Origin: Caecitellus pseudoparvulus
Taxonomy: Eukaryota; Protista; Bigyra: Bicosoecida
Reading direction: 5' to 3'
NCBI GenBank assembly: GCA_965644315.1
Contig: CBFFRQ010000039.1
Span: 195,387 to 259,386, forward strand
Length of the DNA: 64,000 nucleotides
Shown here: positions 12,168 through 25,317 of the stretch, piece by piece
Numbering within the stretch: position 1 is the first letter of the stretch
Layout: each line of letters starts with the position of its first letter
Notes under the pieces: generated by a model
Seen by the model: only the letters and a program-made list of their open reading frames with translations
Databases searched by the model: none
Told to the model about the DNA's origin: nothing
Translations under genes and position numbers: made by a program

Positions 12168-15100
12168 ATGCGTGACGCTAGCTTGTCTTCCTGGCTGCAT
12201 GTTCTGCGCAATGGCAGTTTTGGCGTGCGTCCAACCAGACCATACAAACGCCCAGCCCAGCGCTTCACTACGCGCCACTCCGCTCTTGCAGGTGCTTTTT
12301 ATGGCTTCAAAGCGGGCACTGGTCTCAGGACCTGTGCTTGCTCTGCTTCAAGCCGTGGAGACGCTGCAGATGTGCGTATGCGTTTTCCGCAATTGTGACT
12401 CAGCAAATGCCGTGGACATGGTGGTGGTCAAGAGCATGTTTCCTCCTTTTGCGAGAGCACAGGTGTGCTTTTTCTCTCTTTCTGGTGCAATTCGCCCTGG
12501 AGGATGCCGGCACTACAACGGGTGCGTGCCCCAACTGCCAGCTGGGCTGCAAACACGCAAGTTGTGCACGATCCAGAAGAGCCCTCATGAGCTGATTGCT
12601 AAGAATGAGAGCCCATGGCACACGCTATTCGCTGCATCGCCGCCCCTTCGCCCCTGTACTGCAGATGGGTCCAATGGAATTGCAACTGCAGTCATTGCAA
12701 CGTCGGGTGGGACTCTGGATGCGACGTTTGGACCCACCTGGTTTGCTGCCTTCTTCATTGCTTGCCTCGTGTGGATGGCCACCCAAGTGGTGCTGGCAGT
12801 CTACATCGGGTACAGGTTTTACACAAACAAGCATGAAGTGGAGTGGCTGGTGCAAGTCTTCCGCGTCATCACTGCCGGCAGCATGTGGGTCATGTTTGTG
12901 CCAGCGCTGTGCTCCTCGCTGCGATGGCTGGCGTGTTCAGCAGTGGAAGACGCAGTGGGTCAAGGCGGCTGCTGGGGAGTGCAGCACGCTCTGGGCAGTG
13001 CTGCAGCCCTTTTGCTGCTGATTCCCTTCGTTGCGCTTGTGCTTGGGGCGCATGCCACGCTGTTCGACCGCAGCCTTGTCAGCGAGCACGCAGGTGCCCG
13101 AACCGATGGGCGAGGGGAAGTGGTACAAGTGGGCATGAAGGTTGCTATCTGCGCCTCATACAGCTTGCTGGAAGGAAGTCAAGTCGGCCTCCGCGTGGCG
13201 CTGCTGAGCATCACGGCGCTGTGGTGGCTGTCCACTTACGTGTGGACCCAGCCCTACGTGAAGCCACGCAGCAACGAGTTCCGTGCAGCACTTGCTGCGG
13301 TGTTCGCGTTGTCTGTCGTGCTGGTACTCGTGGTACAGATCGCTGCATTTAGCAGCCTGGTGTATGCGTGGGTCGGTCTCTCATTGCTGGCCGCTGTGTC
13401 TGCTGCTCTGGCTGCGCGGGCTTGGCGACACAAAGTTGCAACGACGCTGCTGCAAGACCTGCAGTCTCCAAAAGCAGGCCTGTTGTGGGCGCGTACAAGG
13501 GTACACATGATGCACAGCATGGCAGCGCGAAGCCGTGGGAGTGTCGATGACCTGCTGGACGACGACCCAGACGCCGCTCCTGGTGCGACTTTGGCTGGCA
13601 ACATTGGAGACGACCACTCGGCCGGAGGGGGATCTACGATGACAGGTGACATATCCCGCCCACGGGGCTCCGCTCAAGTCGACTCCATCCTCGTCGCTAT
13701 GGGCGGGCAATCAGCTGACTTGGACAGTCTGTTGAGCACTGAGCAACGTGACCGCTTCGCGAGTCAGCTGAAGCAGGCTGCAGAGCTTGCGTACAGGTGG
13801 GTAAGCACGCGGTTTCCCAGCCACGCTTTGGCACAGCTGCAGGCTGCAGACTTCCACCGAACGTGTGGTTCATCGAGGTACACTGAGTTGATGGCATTGA
13901 GCGTCGTGCGGAAGGTCAGCAACAGCATGGACGTGCAGTTCTTCGCGTTCCAGCGCAACCGACAGCTACGGGAATCCACGCAAGCTGCTTCGGGCGGGGG
14001 CGGCCGGGGGGCTGGCGTGACCTCGCAAGTGGATCGCCTCATGATGGAAAAACATGGGGAACTGGCGTATAAAGCAGAAGTCTCCATCCGTAGCCAAATG
14101 GTGAGGCTGTGGGAGGAGCTGGCCGCGCCAGTGCCTGACCTGACAGCCCTTTCTTCCATTGGCCGCAAGCTCAGCCAAGCACTGACTGCAGCGGAGGAGA
14201 ACTACACCTCTCAACTGCGCATGCAGCGCCAAGATGTGAAAGTGTTGCGGAGGTATGGAGCGTTCCAGCTGACTGTGCTTGGCAGAGTGAGCAAAGGCGA
14301 AGAGATGCTCGCTCGAGCCGACAAGCTTGAAGAGATGAGTGCTGGCAAGGACAGCAGACGCGTCTCGTCGTTCACACTGCTTGAAGCAACACGGGACATT
14401 ACAGCAGGGGCGCACGCTGCAGCTGTGATTCATGCATCGGGAGACCCCACCAGCTTGGGCGATATCACAGGCGCAAACAGCGTCGCAGCCAACATGTTCC
14501 GGTGCTCCCCTATGGACATGGTGGGCGTGCCCGTACACGAACTGCTGCCCTCGCCCTTGAATCTGCTGCTCCGGGCCATGTTGCTGAAGCATGTGCGGGG
14601 CACGGACGACAGCACACTTGCAAAGCCACGCCTTGTGCTGGCAGTAGACTCTTTTCACCAGCTGCTGCCTGTGCGCCTGACGCTGAAGGAAGCGCCCCCA
14701 GAGGAAGACGAAGTCACAGCTGGCTTTGTATGCATGATGAGCCAGGTTGTGACAGATCAAGACTACATCATGTGCGGGCGCACTGCGCAGGGCATCACGC
14801 TTCTCGCTGCTTCCTCGGGGGGGTACCGGGCGCTCGGCGTGTCACCCTCGCAAGAGGGTGTGCCTGATGTGGACTTGGAGAGCACCTTCCCCGACTTGCT
14901 GGATGCTGTCCGTGACTCCCTTTCCGACGCACAGCCAAGGTTTAACTGGGGCCACTTGCGAGCGCACATGCACAAGGATACCCATAGTGTGTCGTTTCCT
15001 AACGGCAAGGAGGCCCAGCTGCAGCTGCAAGTACTGGCGTTGCCGGGAAGTGCAGCTCGGCACGCGACACTGCAAGGCCCGCTTGTACTCGCAAGCTGGT

Positions 15101-17673
15101 CCAGTATCAGTGGCGGTGGGCTTGTGCACGAAACAAAGAGCGGACCTTTGCAGCATAGCCAGGGCTCGATCGGGACCCAGGAGGACCAAGACAGCATCGC
15201 TGGGCAGGACTCCGCGGAGGAAAGTGAGCAGGAAGACAGCCCTCTTTTGCCCTTGCTCCCCAGTTCCGAGACTGCCCACGATGCCAAGCGTGGAGTGGCA
15301 TTCAATCCCCTCGCTGAATCACCGTCGCCGCGGCAAGCTGCAGCAGACAGCATCGCAAGCTCCAGCAGCGCAGATCCGGGTGCCGAGCCAGCGTGTGGCG
15401 GCATGGCGAAGGAAGTGACGCTTATGCCACACAGTGTCACGCAAGTCAAAGGAGAGAATCCTGCCGGTTCTGGTGAGGCAGTGTCTGACTTTGAGGGAGC
15501 GCCACGCTCCACCCGCCGCGTCAAGGTGGACACAGTCCCAACTGTCCTCGCACTGCAGCAAGACACTGTCCAGACTGATGCTGCAAAAGATGCACCACCA
15601 GCGGATGGTGCCGAGGCTGTAAGTGTGTTTGGAGGCGGGGGCAGTGAAGCTTCGAGTGCTGCCTCTGGCACTTCCATCTCGGCACCTCGGTCCGTGCTGC
15701 TCTCGCTGCTGCGGCGAAGTGGGCTGACCGAGACCACCGTGCGCCGCATCAAGGTAGGGCTCCGCGTGAGCCTCGGCGTTGCGTTGCTCCTCTGCGTCTT
15801 TGAGCTGGTGGGCGTCGCTATCCTCAAAGAGCTCACCACGATCCGGGTGAACAGTCTGGCCCACGCAGGGCAGACGCTGCGCACGCTGCAAGGCGCGACT
15901 GTGTCTGCCGCACTGCTCAACTTGCAAACGTTGGGTGTCCAAGTCGCAGACGAACAAAGCACATTCGCTTCGCTTCGAGATGAAGTCAATTTAGTGCGTT
16001 CGCAGTGGAAGGAAGTCGTGCAAGACTCTGAGATCATGGATACGGTGCAGGAGCAAGTGGGGCCCGGCGGCATGCGTCACAGCCTGGACATTATCAACGT
16101 AGACAGAGTCCCTGCGAAGCAGACGTTGTACGCCGCAATGGGGAACGTCGTTGCGAACTTAGACATGTTGATGCAGCAAAATGCGTCTGCATTTACGCTG
16201 AACAACTCTGCTTATGCGTTTGCCATTGAGAATGTGCCGCTGTCTGTCATGGACAGCTTGAATGGCACCATCCGGCTACGACGCGAGCAAGCTGTGTACT
16301 TCCTTGAGCAAGTGCAAATCGGCATCCTCGCATTCGCCACTACCAGTGCTGGCGTGCTTGGAATCGCCCTTGGTGTTTATCTGTGGATTCAAATGACGAA
16401 CCTTGCAGCTGAACGGGAGCAGGCTCTCGCGGTGTTGTTGACGGTGCCCGTATCGGCGCTCAAACCGCTGAAGCGTCACGCCAAGACGAAGCTGGCGGAG
16501 TTCAAGTCCACCACTTCAGAAGGTGCAGAGCAGGCAGAAGCCGTTGCGGCGTTGGACGATGAAGAAGGGGGGATGGGAGTGGAGGGCAATGTCATCGCGG
16601 AACAGGCGGTTCCCTCTGGGGGCACCAGCGTCACCAGCAGCACAGACTCAAGAGCTCGACGCTTACTCGCCAGCAGCCGCACACATGGTTGGAAGTCATC
16701 ATCCAAGCAGGTGGGGGCGCGAGAGGCTGTGGATCTAGGTGCCTTCAAGACGAGCCACTTGCTGGTGCTCATGCTGCAGGTTGTCCTGGCCGTCCTGTGG
16801 CTGGGAGGCCTCACGACCACGCTGATGGTCAGTCACGCCACTCTGGAGCAAGACATGACGCGTCTCTACGACACCCAGCAGCTGTCCAGCTTGATCATGC
16901 AGGTGGGCCAGGTGACATCGTTGACGGTGGCGTTGCCTGAAGGGCGCGTGCGGGAGGAAGCCTCCAAGGACCTGTACGTTTCCATGGACTTGTCGCTCCG
17001 CCGGCTGACAGCGCTGCTTCAGGGCACAGAAGGGAATGGTGGGAAAGAAGTCCAGCCCCTTCCCGTTGACAGCGAGGTGTTCCGGGTGTTCTACGAAAAC
17101 TCCTGCGTGGCCCTGGCCAAGCACGCTCGAGAGCCGGAAGGCTGCCGTACGTTCGACCGCGGCGTCATGACCCTGGGCCTGCAGATCCTGCTGCAGCGCT
17201 ACTTGCAGCGTGCAAGGGTCATGGCCCAGACCTTGAATCGATCTCAAAGCGAGAACCTCGCTCTAGACGTTGCCAAAGTGTTGGATGGCCGCGTGACAAG
17301 CGGCAGCCTGAGCGGCGCCACAGTGGAGGAGCTACGCGAACTTCACCGAGGCCTCAGCCTCCTCGTGGCAAGTGAGAACCCTTACATGCGGGCTGGTATG
17401 CGAGCAGTTAGCGACATCCTCATCGACGCAACGATTCGGTCTGAGGAGGCGTCTTTCGAGGCCAGCCTCGGCGTCAACTTCGCCTTCATTGCCATCTCTC
17501 TCGCTCTTCACTTCTTGTGGCACCGCCCGCACCTTGAAGAGATGCAGGCACAGCTGAATGGCACCCGCAGCCTGCTGCTCTCGCTCCCACTCGGGTACCT
17601 TGCCAAGGACAAGCAGACCCTTCGAGCATTCAAGGACTTTGTCGTGGAGCTGTCTGCCAAAGCGCGTCACTGA
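12168..17673 (+). CDS. TmcB/TmcC (tiny macrocysts)-like multipass membrane protein with PAS domain
   Basis: ATG 12168 and intron 12225..12291 give ...NGSFG|VLFMASK. About 8 N-terminal TM helices (includes WTQPY...N.FRA), then a helical TPR-like region (VKVLRRYGAFQLTVLG...A), a PAS motif ITGANSVAANMFRCSPMDMVGVPVHELLPSPL (~14465-14560) and 4 further C-terminal TMs ending TRSLLLSLP. Other 5' introns are likely but unresolved. Confidence 0.72.
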
Positions 17674-18047
17674 GGCGGCACCCCAAGAAGCTGCGTCCAC
17701 CTGAGGGAGGCCTGAGGTAGACGAATGCAAATTAGTGCGTGCATGGCGTAAAGTGTGCGTTGGGCTGGTCACGTGAGTCTGAGGGAAGACGACGCGTCCA
17801 AAGGCTTGTTCAACGAATGATAATTGCAAAATCCTGACCGTGTGGTCATGTGTTTCTTCGGATTTCAGAACTGCACAACGATTGAAGTCAATTTTGAGTA
17901 AGCAAGGCTGTACAGCGGCCAGATAAACACCATAACCATTTTTTGAGGCTGTTGGCATCATCGATTGCTAAGCGGGTGACACACAAGGGCTTGGGTCGCT
18001 GAAGGCTACGGAGGGGCGGAAATTGAGCCAGCAGGCAGCCGCCGAGC

Positions 18048-19520
18048 ATGGCTGGCCCGCCTGTGGATGGGGGCAAAGCACCGCGCATCCCCGAACAGGG
18101 AAATGTATTGCAACGCATGATTAATGTGCCAGCGGTGTGGCAGGTGTGTTGGGCGCTTCTTGTGGTTGCTGTCAGCGATCGCAATCGACAGCCGGACTTT
18201 CAATTGCCGCAGGTTGCGCTGTGGACTGTGCTGTTTTACTTCTCCAGCGCTGTGTCAGGCATGATGAACAAGCAGATCATCGCAGACTACGGCATTCTGC
18301 CCACCACTCTCACCATGTGGCACCTGCTCATCAGCGTTGCGTGTGATAGTGCGTGCTGTGCCTGCCAGGTGGCAGCAAGGTGCGCCGCCGCGGATGGCAC
18401 GCAGCGCACACTACCTTGCCGCCTCGCACAGGCTGCGTCGTGTGGGCCCTGGGGCAAGCTAAGGTGCCAAGCGGCAAGACACTGCTGGGTCACACTACCA
18501 GCGTCATGCTGCAGTTCCTGCCCATCGCCCTGTTCATCATCGGCGGCAAGCTGGCGACGTACTTTTCGTACAACTACGTGAGCATGGCCTTGACCCACAC
18601 TGCGAAGGCCCTGGAGCCAGTGTTCAACGTGGTCCTATCGGCTGTCTTCTTTGGAGAGTACAAGTCCTTCGGCGTGTATGTGTCGCTGGTGCCCATTGCG
18701 CTGGGCGTGGGCATCGCCTCCACGTCAGAGATGTCCTACAACGTGCGTTGCCCGCGATGGCGCTGCGTGACTCCGCCTCCCCGGCATGCCCTTGCCTTAT
18801 GGCGCCTGCCCTTTGCAGCACATTGGCTTTGCCGCTGCGAGCTTGTCTGCCGCGCTGAAGGTGCTGCAGAACATCTACACCAAGCGGGTGATGGGCAAGG
18901 CGTCGTACTCCTTCTTCGAGATCCACCTGTTCTGCGGGGCTGCCTCCGCCTTGACACTGGTCCCAGTCTCCATCGTGGAACAGCTATCTGCCGCTGGCGT
19001 GGACCCTTCTGCCCTGGGCCCAGCGGACGCGGCACTTGCCCAACAGTTCCCCGGCGGGCTGCTCCTCGTGGACTCGGCACTGCAGTACTTGAGCAGCATC
19101 AGCAGCTACATGGTGCTGAGCCTCGTCGCACACCTCACCTTCACCATAGTCAACAGCATGAAGCGCCTTGTCATCATCACCAGCGGCACCTGGGTGTTTG
19201 GCGGCTTCAACTGGACCAACCTCACAGGCGTCTGCATGGCTGTCGGCGGCGTGTTCCTGTACAATCTCGTGCGCCCCAAGCACACTGGGCCCGCAGGCAA
19301 GGGCCCGGACAGCTCCTCAGCACAGGCTCTGCAACTGCTCGCAGTGCACACGCCAGGCGGCAGAGTCAGCAGCCCTCGCGACACTCCACTAGGCACGCCT
19401 TACGAGGCAGCAGCTGCGATGGTCATGACCGACAAGGGGTCGTTGCGCACCAACGGCGGGCAGGCGTCTGCCTTTTCGCCTGTGCCTGACAACGCACGAG
19501 GTCAAGTTGACCGTGTCTGA
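18048..19520 (+). CDS. Triose-phosphate/nucleotide-sugar transporter family (SLC35E-like), intron-containing
   Basis: Motifs spread over three frames: MMNKQII...PTTLTMWHL, SYNYVSMALTHTAKALEPVFNVVLS, LKVLQNIYTKRVM, VAHLTFTIVNSMKRLVII. The frame switches coincide with GT..AG introns. Confidence 0.9.
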
Positions 19521-19838
19521 AGCTTGCAGGGCCAGGAGCCGGAGTTGGGCAGTGATCACTGTGCCGGCTAGGAGTGTCGTCATGGCAGCAACAAATGTGA
19601 GAGAGGGCATGTCGTGCGTCCAGCATTGTGTGCACTTCGCTCAATGCACGCCATTTGCACCCCAACCCAGCAGAAGCAAAGCCAGGGTGCAGAGCATCGA
19701 CGGCTGGCCAACCTGCAGAGCTGCGCGTTGGCGAAACAAAAAACTACTCACCCTGCCGCACAAGAGCTAGGTTAGGGAGCGCTAGGCATTCGTTTGCTTG
19801 TGGTCTTTAGACCCTGGCTTGCGCCTTGAGCGCCCGCA

Positions 19839-21672
19839 ATGGCCCCCGACTCTGTTGGCCCGTCGAGTTCCGCACCGGGGCGATCTTCGGATTCCAGTTC
19901 GCTGAGGGCTCCTACACGCACTGTCGCATCGCCTGGCGGAAATCTACCCCTTGTCCTGTGGATTCTGTGCTTGGGAGTCGCTGTGTGGACGTCATGCTCG
20001 TTTCTTTGGAGCGACAGTGCCCGGTCCACCACCGGCCAACAACGCTTTTCAATGAACGTGCAAGCTCACTTGGAGCATGCTGCGAGCGGAGCCCATGATG
20101 TGCTTCGTGTCAGAGGAGGCAAGGCTGCTGCAGAAGGAGCACAGAGCCTCCCTCCTGGGCCCCAAGCGTGCGGAATGAGCGATGCAAGCAGTCCCCGAGC
20201 TCCACCACGCCACCCTTTTTCCCGCTCTCGCATCCTGTACAGCCAGGGAGCAGACAAGGACGCTGTCTCACCCACAGGAAAAAAACAGGCCCAAGGGTCA
20301 CCAGAATTCCCAGCTGCACTTGAAGACGCTTTGCCAAGGCCGTGCGTACCACACCACGCCACGTGATGTTGGCGAAGCTGGCCTGGTGGTTACCCTGCTT
20401 CCCCGTGCTCGATGCTCTGCAGGGAACCCGAGTACGGCGTGCTAGCGAACGGCGCAAAGGAAGGGGCAAAACCAGAAGATGTGGAGCGGTACCGTGCTCA
20501 GCGGAAGCTGCGAGCGGCTTGCCTCGCGAAGAAGGACCAGCCTCGCTTCCACATGCTCACGTGCGTGGCTCATTCCGCACCGTGCAGGGCAAACAGCTGC
20601 ATGCGGACAAACCAGGGTGCACCTGCTTTCACTTCACACCCCACTTTGTATTCTCAGGGTGGCCAACAAGAACGCAGGGGCGCTGTGCTACACTGTGGAG
20701 TCCGCCGCCCAGAACCGCATCAACGTTACTGTGATGAATTGGGGAGGTGTGCACAAAGGCCACGGCGCCAAGCTGTTCTTGCAGGAACAAGTGCGTGGCA
20801 GTGCAAGCTTGGTTCGTTGTTCTGCGCCACCGCACCCTGCAAACTCCGTTGCGCCCGCGCAGTACTTGGCAGGGCTGGACCCCTGCGATGTGGTCATGTT
20901 TGTGGACGGATTGGATGTGCTGTTTGGACAGGGCGAGGAAGCACTCTTGCAGCGTATCCTGGACATGGAGAAGGCCGACGATGAATTCAGCATCTGGTTC
21001 GGGGCGGAGTGCGGCTGCTGGCCCCAGGCAGCGTACCCGGACGGCACCAACATCTGCTCGAATCTATATCCCCGCTCGCCAACGCGGTTCCGGTACCTGA
21101 ACACTGGCATCTGGTTCGGGCGTGCATGGGCGGCACGGGAGGTGCTTGGGCAGGTGTCGCGTGGCCTGTCCAATGTGGAGCTCACGGGCGCGGAGAATGA
21201 CCAAGAAATCATCAGTGGCAACTACTGGAACCGACGCAGCGATGTGAGCATGTCGCTAGACTACCACATGCGTGTGGGCGGAAACTGCCACTCCTGGCCG
21301 GGCTGTGACATGGTGGACGTGCTGCAGAGCAACGGCAATGGAAAGGGGGACTTCCTGCTGCCCGACTTGGGCACGACGCCCGGGGTCCTGCACTTCAACG
21401 GTGGCTCCAAGAACGCTGTGAACAAAATTCGAGCAGGCATGTGGTATCGCCTCCCGGCGGGCTCCTTCGAAGACTCCCAGCACCCCGCCCCCCTGACTCG
21501 GGATGAACTGGCTGCAACAAGTCTCTTCACGCCGCTGTACCCGCCCAGCACGGCCCCTGACGGGCAGCCCTACCCCCCTCCGGACCGGCCTGAGTTCACG
21601 AACGTCGTGGACTTTGGCTGCCGCGTGACAGACTCTGCGCAGCTCGTGCACAAGGACAACAAGACTCCATGA
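19839..21672 (+). CDS. PLOD/lysyl-hydroxylase-type glycosyltransferase domain protein (type II membrane)
   Basis: Signal anchor LPLVLWILCLGVAVW; motifs DVVMFVDGLDVLF, FGAECGCWP, FRYLNTGIWFGRA, ENDQ and PGVLHFNGGSK. Several introns; the 5' exon structure is approximate. Confidence 0.78.
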
Positions 21673-21686
21673 AGCAGGTGCCCGGC

Positions 21687-23490
21687 TTACACTGCCGGTG
21701 CCATTTCTGACGTGGGTGGGGCAAGCAGCGAGTACTCAGCCTCAGCTCTCTGCGTCCGAAGGCGTCTTCGGCAGAGGTATCCAGCGAGGAGCACCAGTGG
21801 TGCACAGGCTAGCATGCCCGCAAAAGCAGTGTATGCTGGCAGCATGGCCAGGTGCTGGGCCTGGAAGATGAGCCATGTGCTGAACGACTGCACAGCCAGG
21901 CTAGTGCATGAGTTGAGGGTGAACACAATGAACACAGGCGGAATCGCGCCGGCCTTCTCTGCGCTGCCCAGCTCAACCCGAGCTTGCTCAATGGCGCAGC
22001 TGGTCACGTCATAGTACAGTGCGTTGCCCAGAGCATGCAGCCCAAAGTACAGGAACAGGGCACACAGTGCCAGGGCGGTGGACTCGGTGCGTCCATGAGC
22101 GATTGCCCGACTTTGCCCGACGACTGCAAGCAATGCAGTGTTTGCGAGGGAGATGCCCAGCAACACCCACGCACTGTTGGCACGGGCGAAACGCTGCAGA
22201 GTCTTGCAGCCGTAACCAAACGACATGGCTGCTCCAAGCGCCAGGGATGCCGCGACAAAGGAGCCGTTGAAGTCTGCGCAGGGGTAGGGGAGGGCGTCCC
22301 GTTGACTGCATGGAGGCCGTCGCAAACTTGGCAGAGGACGCACCTGCTTTGGCGCCGGGAAGCAGCGCATCATACAGGGATGACTCAAAGTTGTACACAT
22401 TCTGGTACACAGGGTCTCCCACGAGACACCACCAGAGGGCCACAAGGACGAATGCTGCGTCACTGTACACACGGCGCAGCAGCCGCCAGATGAAACCCGC
22501 TCGCTGTGAGAGGCTTTCCTCGCCACTGGCCGGTGAAGGCGGGGTGGTTTGCCCATACAGGCGTCGCCGGGAGACACAGCACTCCAACCATGCGGTGCGG
22601 CACACGAGGAAGTCCCCTGCGATGCGCGCCGGCGAACGAAGGCGGGGCTGAGGCGCTTGCACGGGGGCTCTTGGTTCCTCCACTGCGATGGGCGACCCCT
22701 GTCTCCCCCGAGCAGGGGCCCGCCATAGAGAAACTTGGGAGGGGAAGAACACTGCGCCGCAGAGAATGGCCAACGCCACGCCGATAGAGGACAGCCAGAC
22801 GAGGCCGGTGAGGTTCATGGCGCGCGTGTGCAGCAGCGCGTCCCCTGCCACGGCAGCCAAGATGTGGACGGTCAGGTACGTGCCTTGGATGGCTCCCGTC
22901 ACTGACCCGTACTCAGATGCGGGCATGACGATGTATGCGAGCGCAAAGAAGAGCACTTCCGAGGCGGAACCTGTGGGCTTGCGACGCGCCGGGGTTGTGT
23001 GGTTGTCGTGGCAGGCGGCAGCTCCGGGGGCAGCCAGCACGCACCAGCAGAGTATAGCACTTCCATCCACACCTGTGAGATCACTGTGGTGCCACTGATG
23101 AGCAGAAGCCTCGTGCCAATGCGTGCGGCAGCGGTCAGCAGTATTACTCCCCGAAATGACGTGGTCTCGGCGAGCGCCGTGGCGAGCAGCAGCCACGGGA
23201 CGTAGAAATACGTCGAGATGGGGTAGATCTCGTCATTGATTTCCCGTGGAGAGAAGCCTCTCTCTCTCAGGTACCTCGTCAAGTGTGGCTCAGATGGCTG
23301 GGAGGGTGGCGTCAGCCGCGGCGTGTTGCGTGAATCTGCGGAATTTGACTCGCTTCGTCGGAATCCTTGCACACTGACGCACCTTGAAGACATACAGAGT
23401 GAGAAAGGCGCAAAGGATGTACGTAATGATAAGGGGATCCACGAACCAGCCCTTGGGCGGCGCAGCCTGCCTTCCGTGGCCCGCGGGCAT
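21687..23490 (-). CDS. Reduced folate carrier / thiamine transporter (SLC19 family), intron-containing
   Basis: LYVFK|PSEPHLTRYL...EINDEIYPISTYFY, QVWMEVLYS...ASEVLFFALAYIV, FNGSFVAA and IVFTLNS; MFS-like TM pattern across four frames. Confidence 0.88.
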
Positions 23491-23688
23491 CGTGTGGCTC
23501 AGGTTCGCGGCGAATGGCCTGAGGAGCGCGCAGCTGTCGATTGCTCCCGCTCAACAGAGGGGGAATCCTGTGCAGGGCAAGTCAGATCAGCAAGCACACA
23601 CTCGAGGTCCCCGAATGTGAAGTTCTGAATTTGTCACAGTGCTACGTGCCACCTGCTGCCTGTGCCGGGCCGGTGCAGGGAGCGGGCT

Positions 23689-25317
23689 TCACGAGCCCTC
23701 TGACTGCTGGCGGCTCCTTGGTTTCGAAAAAGACCCCACAGCCACGAATCCCCCAGTGGCATCTTCTGCTTCAAGAGTGTCCATGGTGCCATGCATCGCC
23801 TGTGACGCCGCCGCTCGCACCAGCGCCTGCACTGCATCCTCTCCTGTGCCTGGCGTGGGCAGATGCCCCGGTGTGGGCAGCACACTGCCGACTTCGGCGG
23901 CGTCGTCCACGGTCCGCAGTGTGGGGCGTTCTGCAGGACTGGAAGGGGCTGCTTGGCTTGTCTCGGTGTCCCCGACGCTACTGGTGTCGATGGACGTCTC
24001 GTGCAGCTGGGAGGCAGCATCGTCCCCGTCGTCACCTTCCGAGGCAGAGCCATCAGGCGCCTCGCTCACGGAGGCAGCTGCATCGTCCACCTGGTGAGTC
24101 GTGTCTACAGCTTGCACAGTGACGGTTTCTGAACTGCCAGTCTCGCTGCCTGCCTGCAGGCTGCTGGGGGGGGCTACTGGGTCCGCTGGTGGCTTGCGGA
24201 TGAGTTCCATCGTGGGGCTGGCAGGAGCAGTAAGGGATGGCTCGGCAGGAGTTGGTGGTGCGTCAAGGTGAGGGCGCACTGTGGTGGGGGCCGGTGCGTG
24301 GGGCCACACAGAGAGGGTGAGGAGGATGTGTCCGCTCCACACCAGCACCGCCACGCCCACCAGCAATGCGCCCCAGCCGTACCACAGCGGCACATCGCGC
24401 TCGGGAACGGGAAGCACTGAGATGGCCAGCAACACAGCACCCAATGTGCCTCCCACTGTGAGCAGGGCAGTTGTCGCGGTGAGTTCCCGGCACACCGCTT
24501 GTGAGGTGGGGGGCACGCCAAAAGCCCGCACTGGGCCGTGTGAGCACAGGCGGTGGAAGTGCACGATGCTCTTGATGAGCAGGCCAGTCAGCACCAGCCA
24601 CGCGCCGGTGAACAGCACGATGAAGGGGGTCACTGCGCCCAGGGTGAGGCCCAGGAATCCCAGCCCAGACACGACTGTGCCGGCGACATCCACAGCCCCC
24701 CACACACCCTCTGCGACCGCCGCCACCCAGATGATGTCCAAGAAGAAGGCGATGGCGTACAGCCCAGTGCCACAGCGACTCAGGATGAGCCAGAGGAAGC
24801 CGAGGCGAGGCTCGGTGCGCAGGGGTGGGGGCCAGAAGTGCAGGGCCATGCCCGCTGCCGCAATGTAGAAGAACGAAGCGATGAAGTTGATGACAGTGGT
24901 GGTGAGCTGCACACGCCCCTTGCAGGCGATGCTGACGGGCAGGCCAGCACAGTGCCCCGCCACGGCGCCAAGTTCGTGACCCTCAGCGAGCTTGGGCTGT
25001 GCCTGCTCAGGCTGGGAGGCGGAGGCGGGGCGAAGCACCTCCACGATGCAGGAGCCGTCGTGTGAGCTGGATGCTGAGCGGGTATGGCGAGGGGGTTCCG
25101 CAAAGGCCTCCTTGGCGCCAGCCGACGGCGCGGTGGAATCGCCAGGCTGTGCGGTCCCAGCACCAGTCACCACCAGCACTGCGTCAGCGGCGCCAGGGCC
25201 GCTGGCAGAGGCAGGCTCGTCTACAAAGCACTCCTCGTGGATAGGGGAGTCTTCACGTGGTACATCAGAGGCATCGCCCCACTTTTGCGAGGCACTGGCG
25301 CCCCCAACCTGCGCCAT
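23689..25317 (-). CDS. Uncharacterised membrane protein, ~6 TM core with disordered N- and C-termini
   Basis: Likely ATG 25317 (MAQVGG). Hydrophobic helices VINFIASFFYIAAAG, GTGLYAIAFFLDIIW, GTVVSGLGFLGLTLGA and WYGWGALLVGVAVLVW. Loosely YrhK-like, unverified. Confidence 0.65.
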   Translation of the reverse strand: MAQVGGASASQKWGDASDVPREDSPIHEECFVDEPASASGPGAADAVLVVTGAGTAQPGDSTAPSAGAKEAFAEPPRHTRSASSSHDGSCIVEVLRPASASQPEQAQPKLAEGHELGAVAGHCAGLPVSIACKGRVQLTTTVINFIASFFYIAAAGMALHFWPPPLRTEPRLGFLWLILSRCGTGLYAIAFFLDIIWVAAVAEGVWGAVDVAGTVVSGLGFLGLTLGAVTPFIVLFTGAWLVLTGLLIKSIVHFHRLCSHGPVRAFGVPPTSQAVCRELTATTALLTVGGTLGAVLLAISVLPVPERDVPLWYGWGALLVGVAVLVWSGHILLTLSVWPHAPAPTTVRPHLDAPPTPAEPSLTAPASPTMELIRKPPADPVAPPSSLQAGSETGSSETVTVQAVDTTHQVDDAAASVSEAPDGSASEGDDGDDAASQLHETSIDTSSVGDTETSQAAPSSPAERPTLRTVDDAAEVGSVLPTPGHLPTPGTGEDAVQALVRAAASQAMHGTMDTLEAEDATGGFVAVGSFSKPRSRQQSEGS

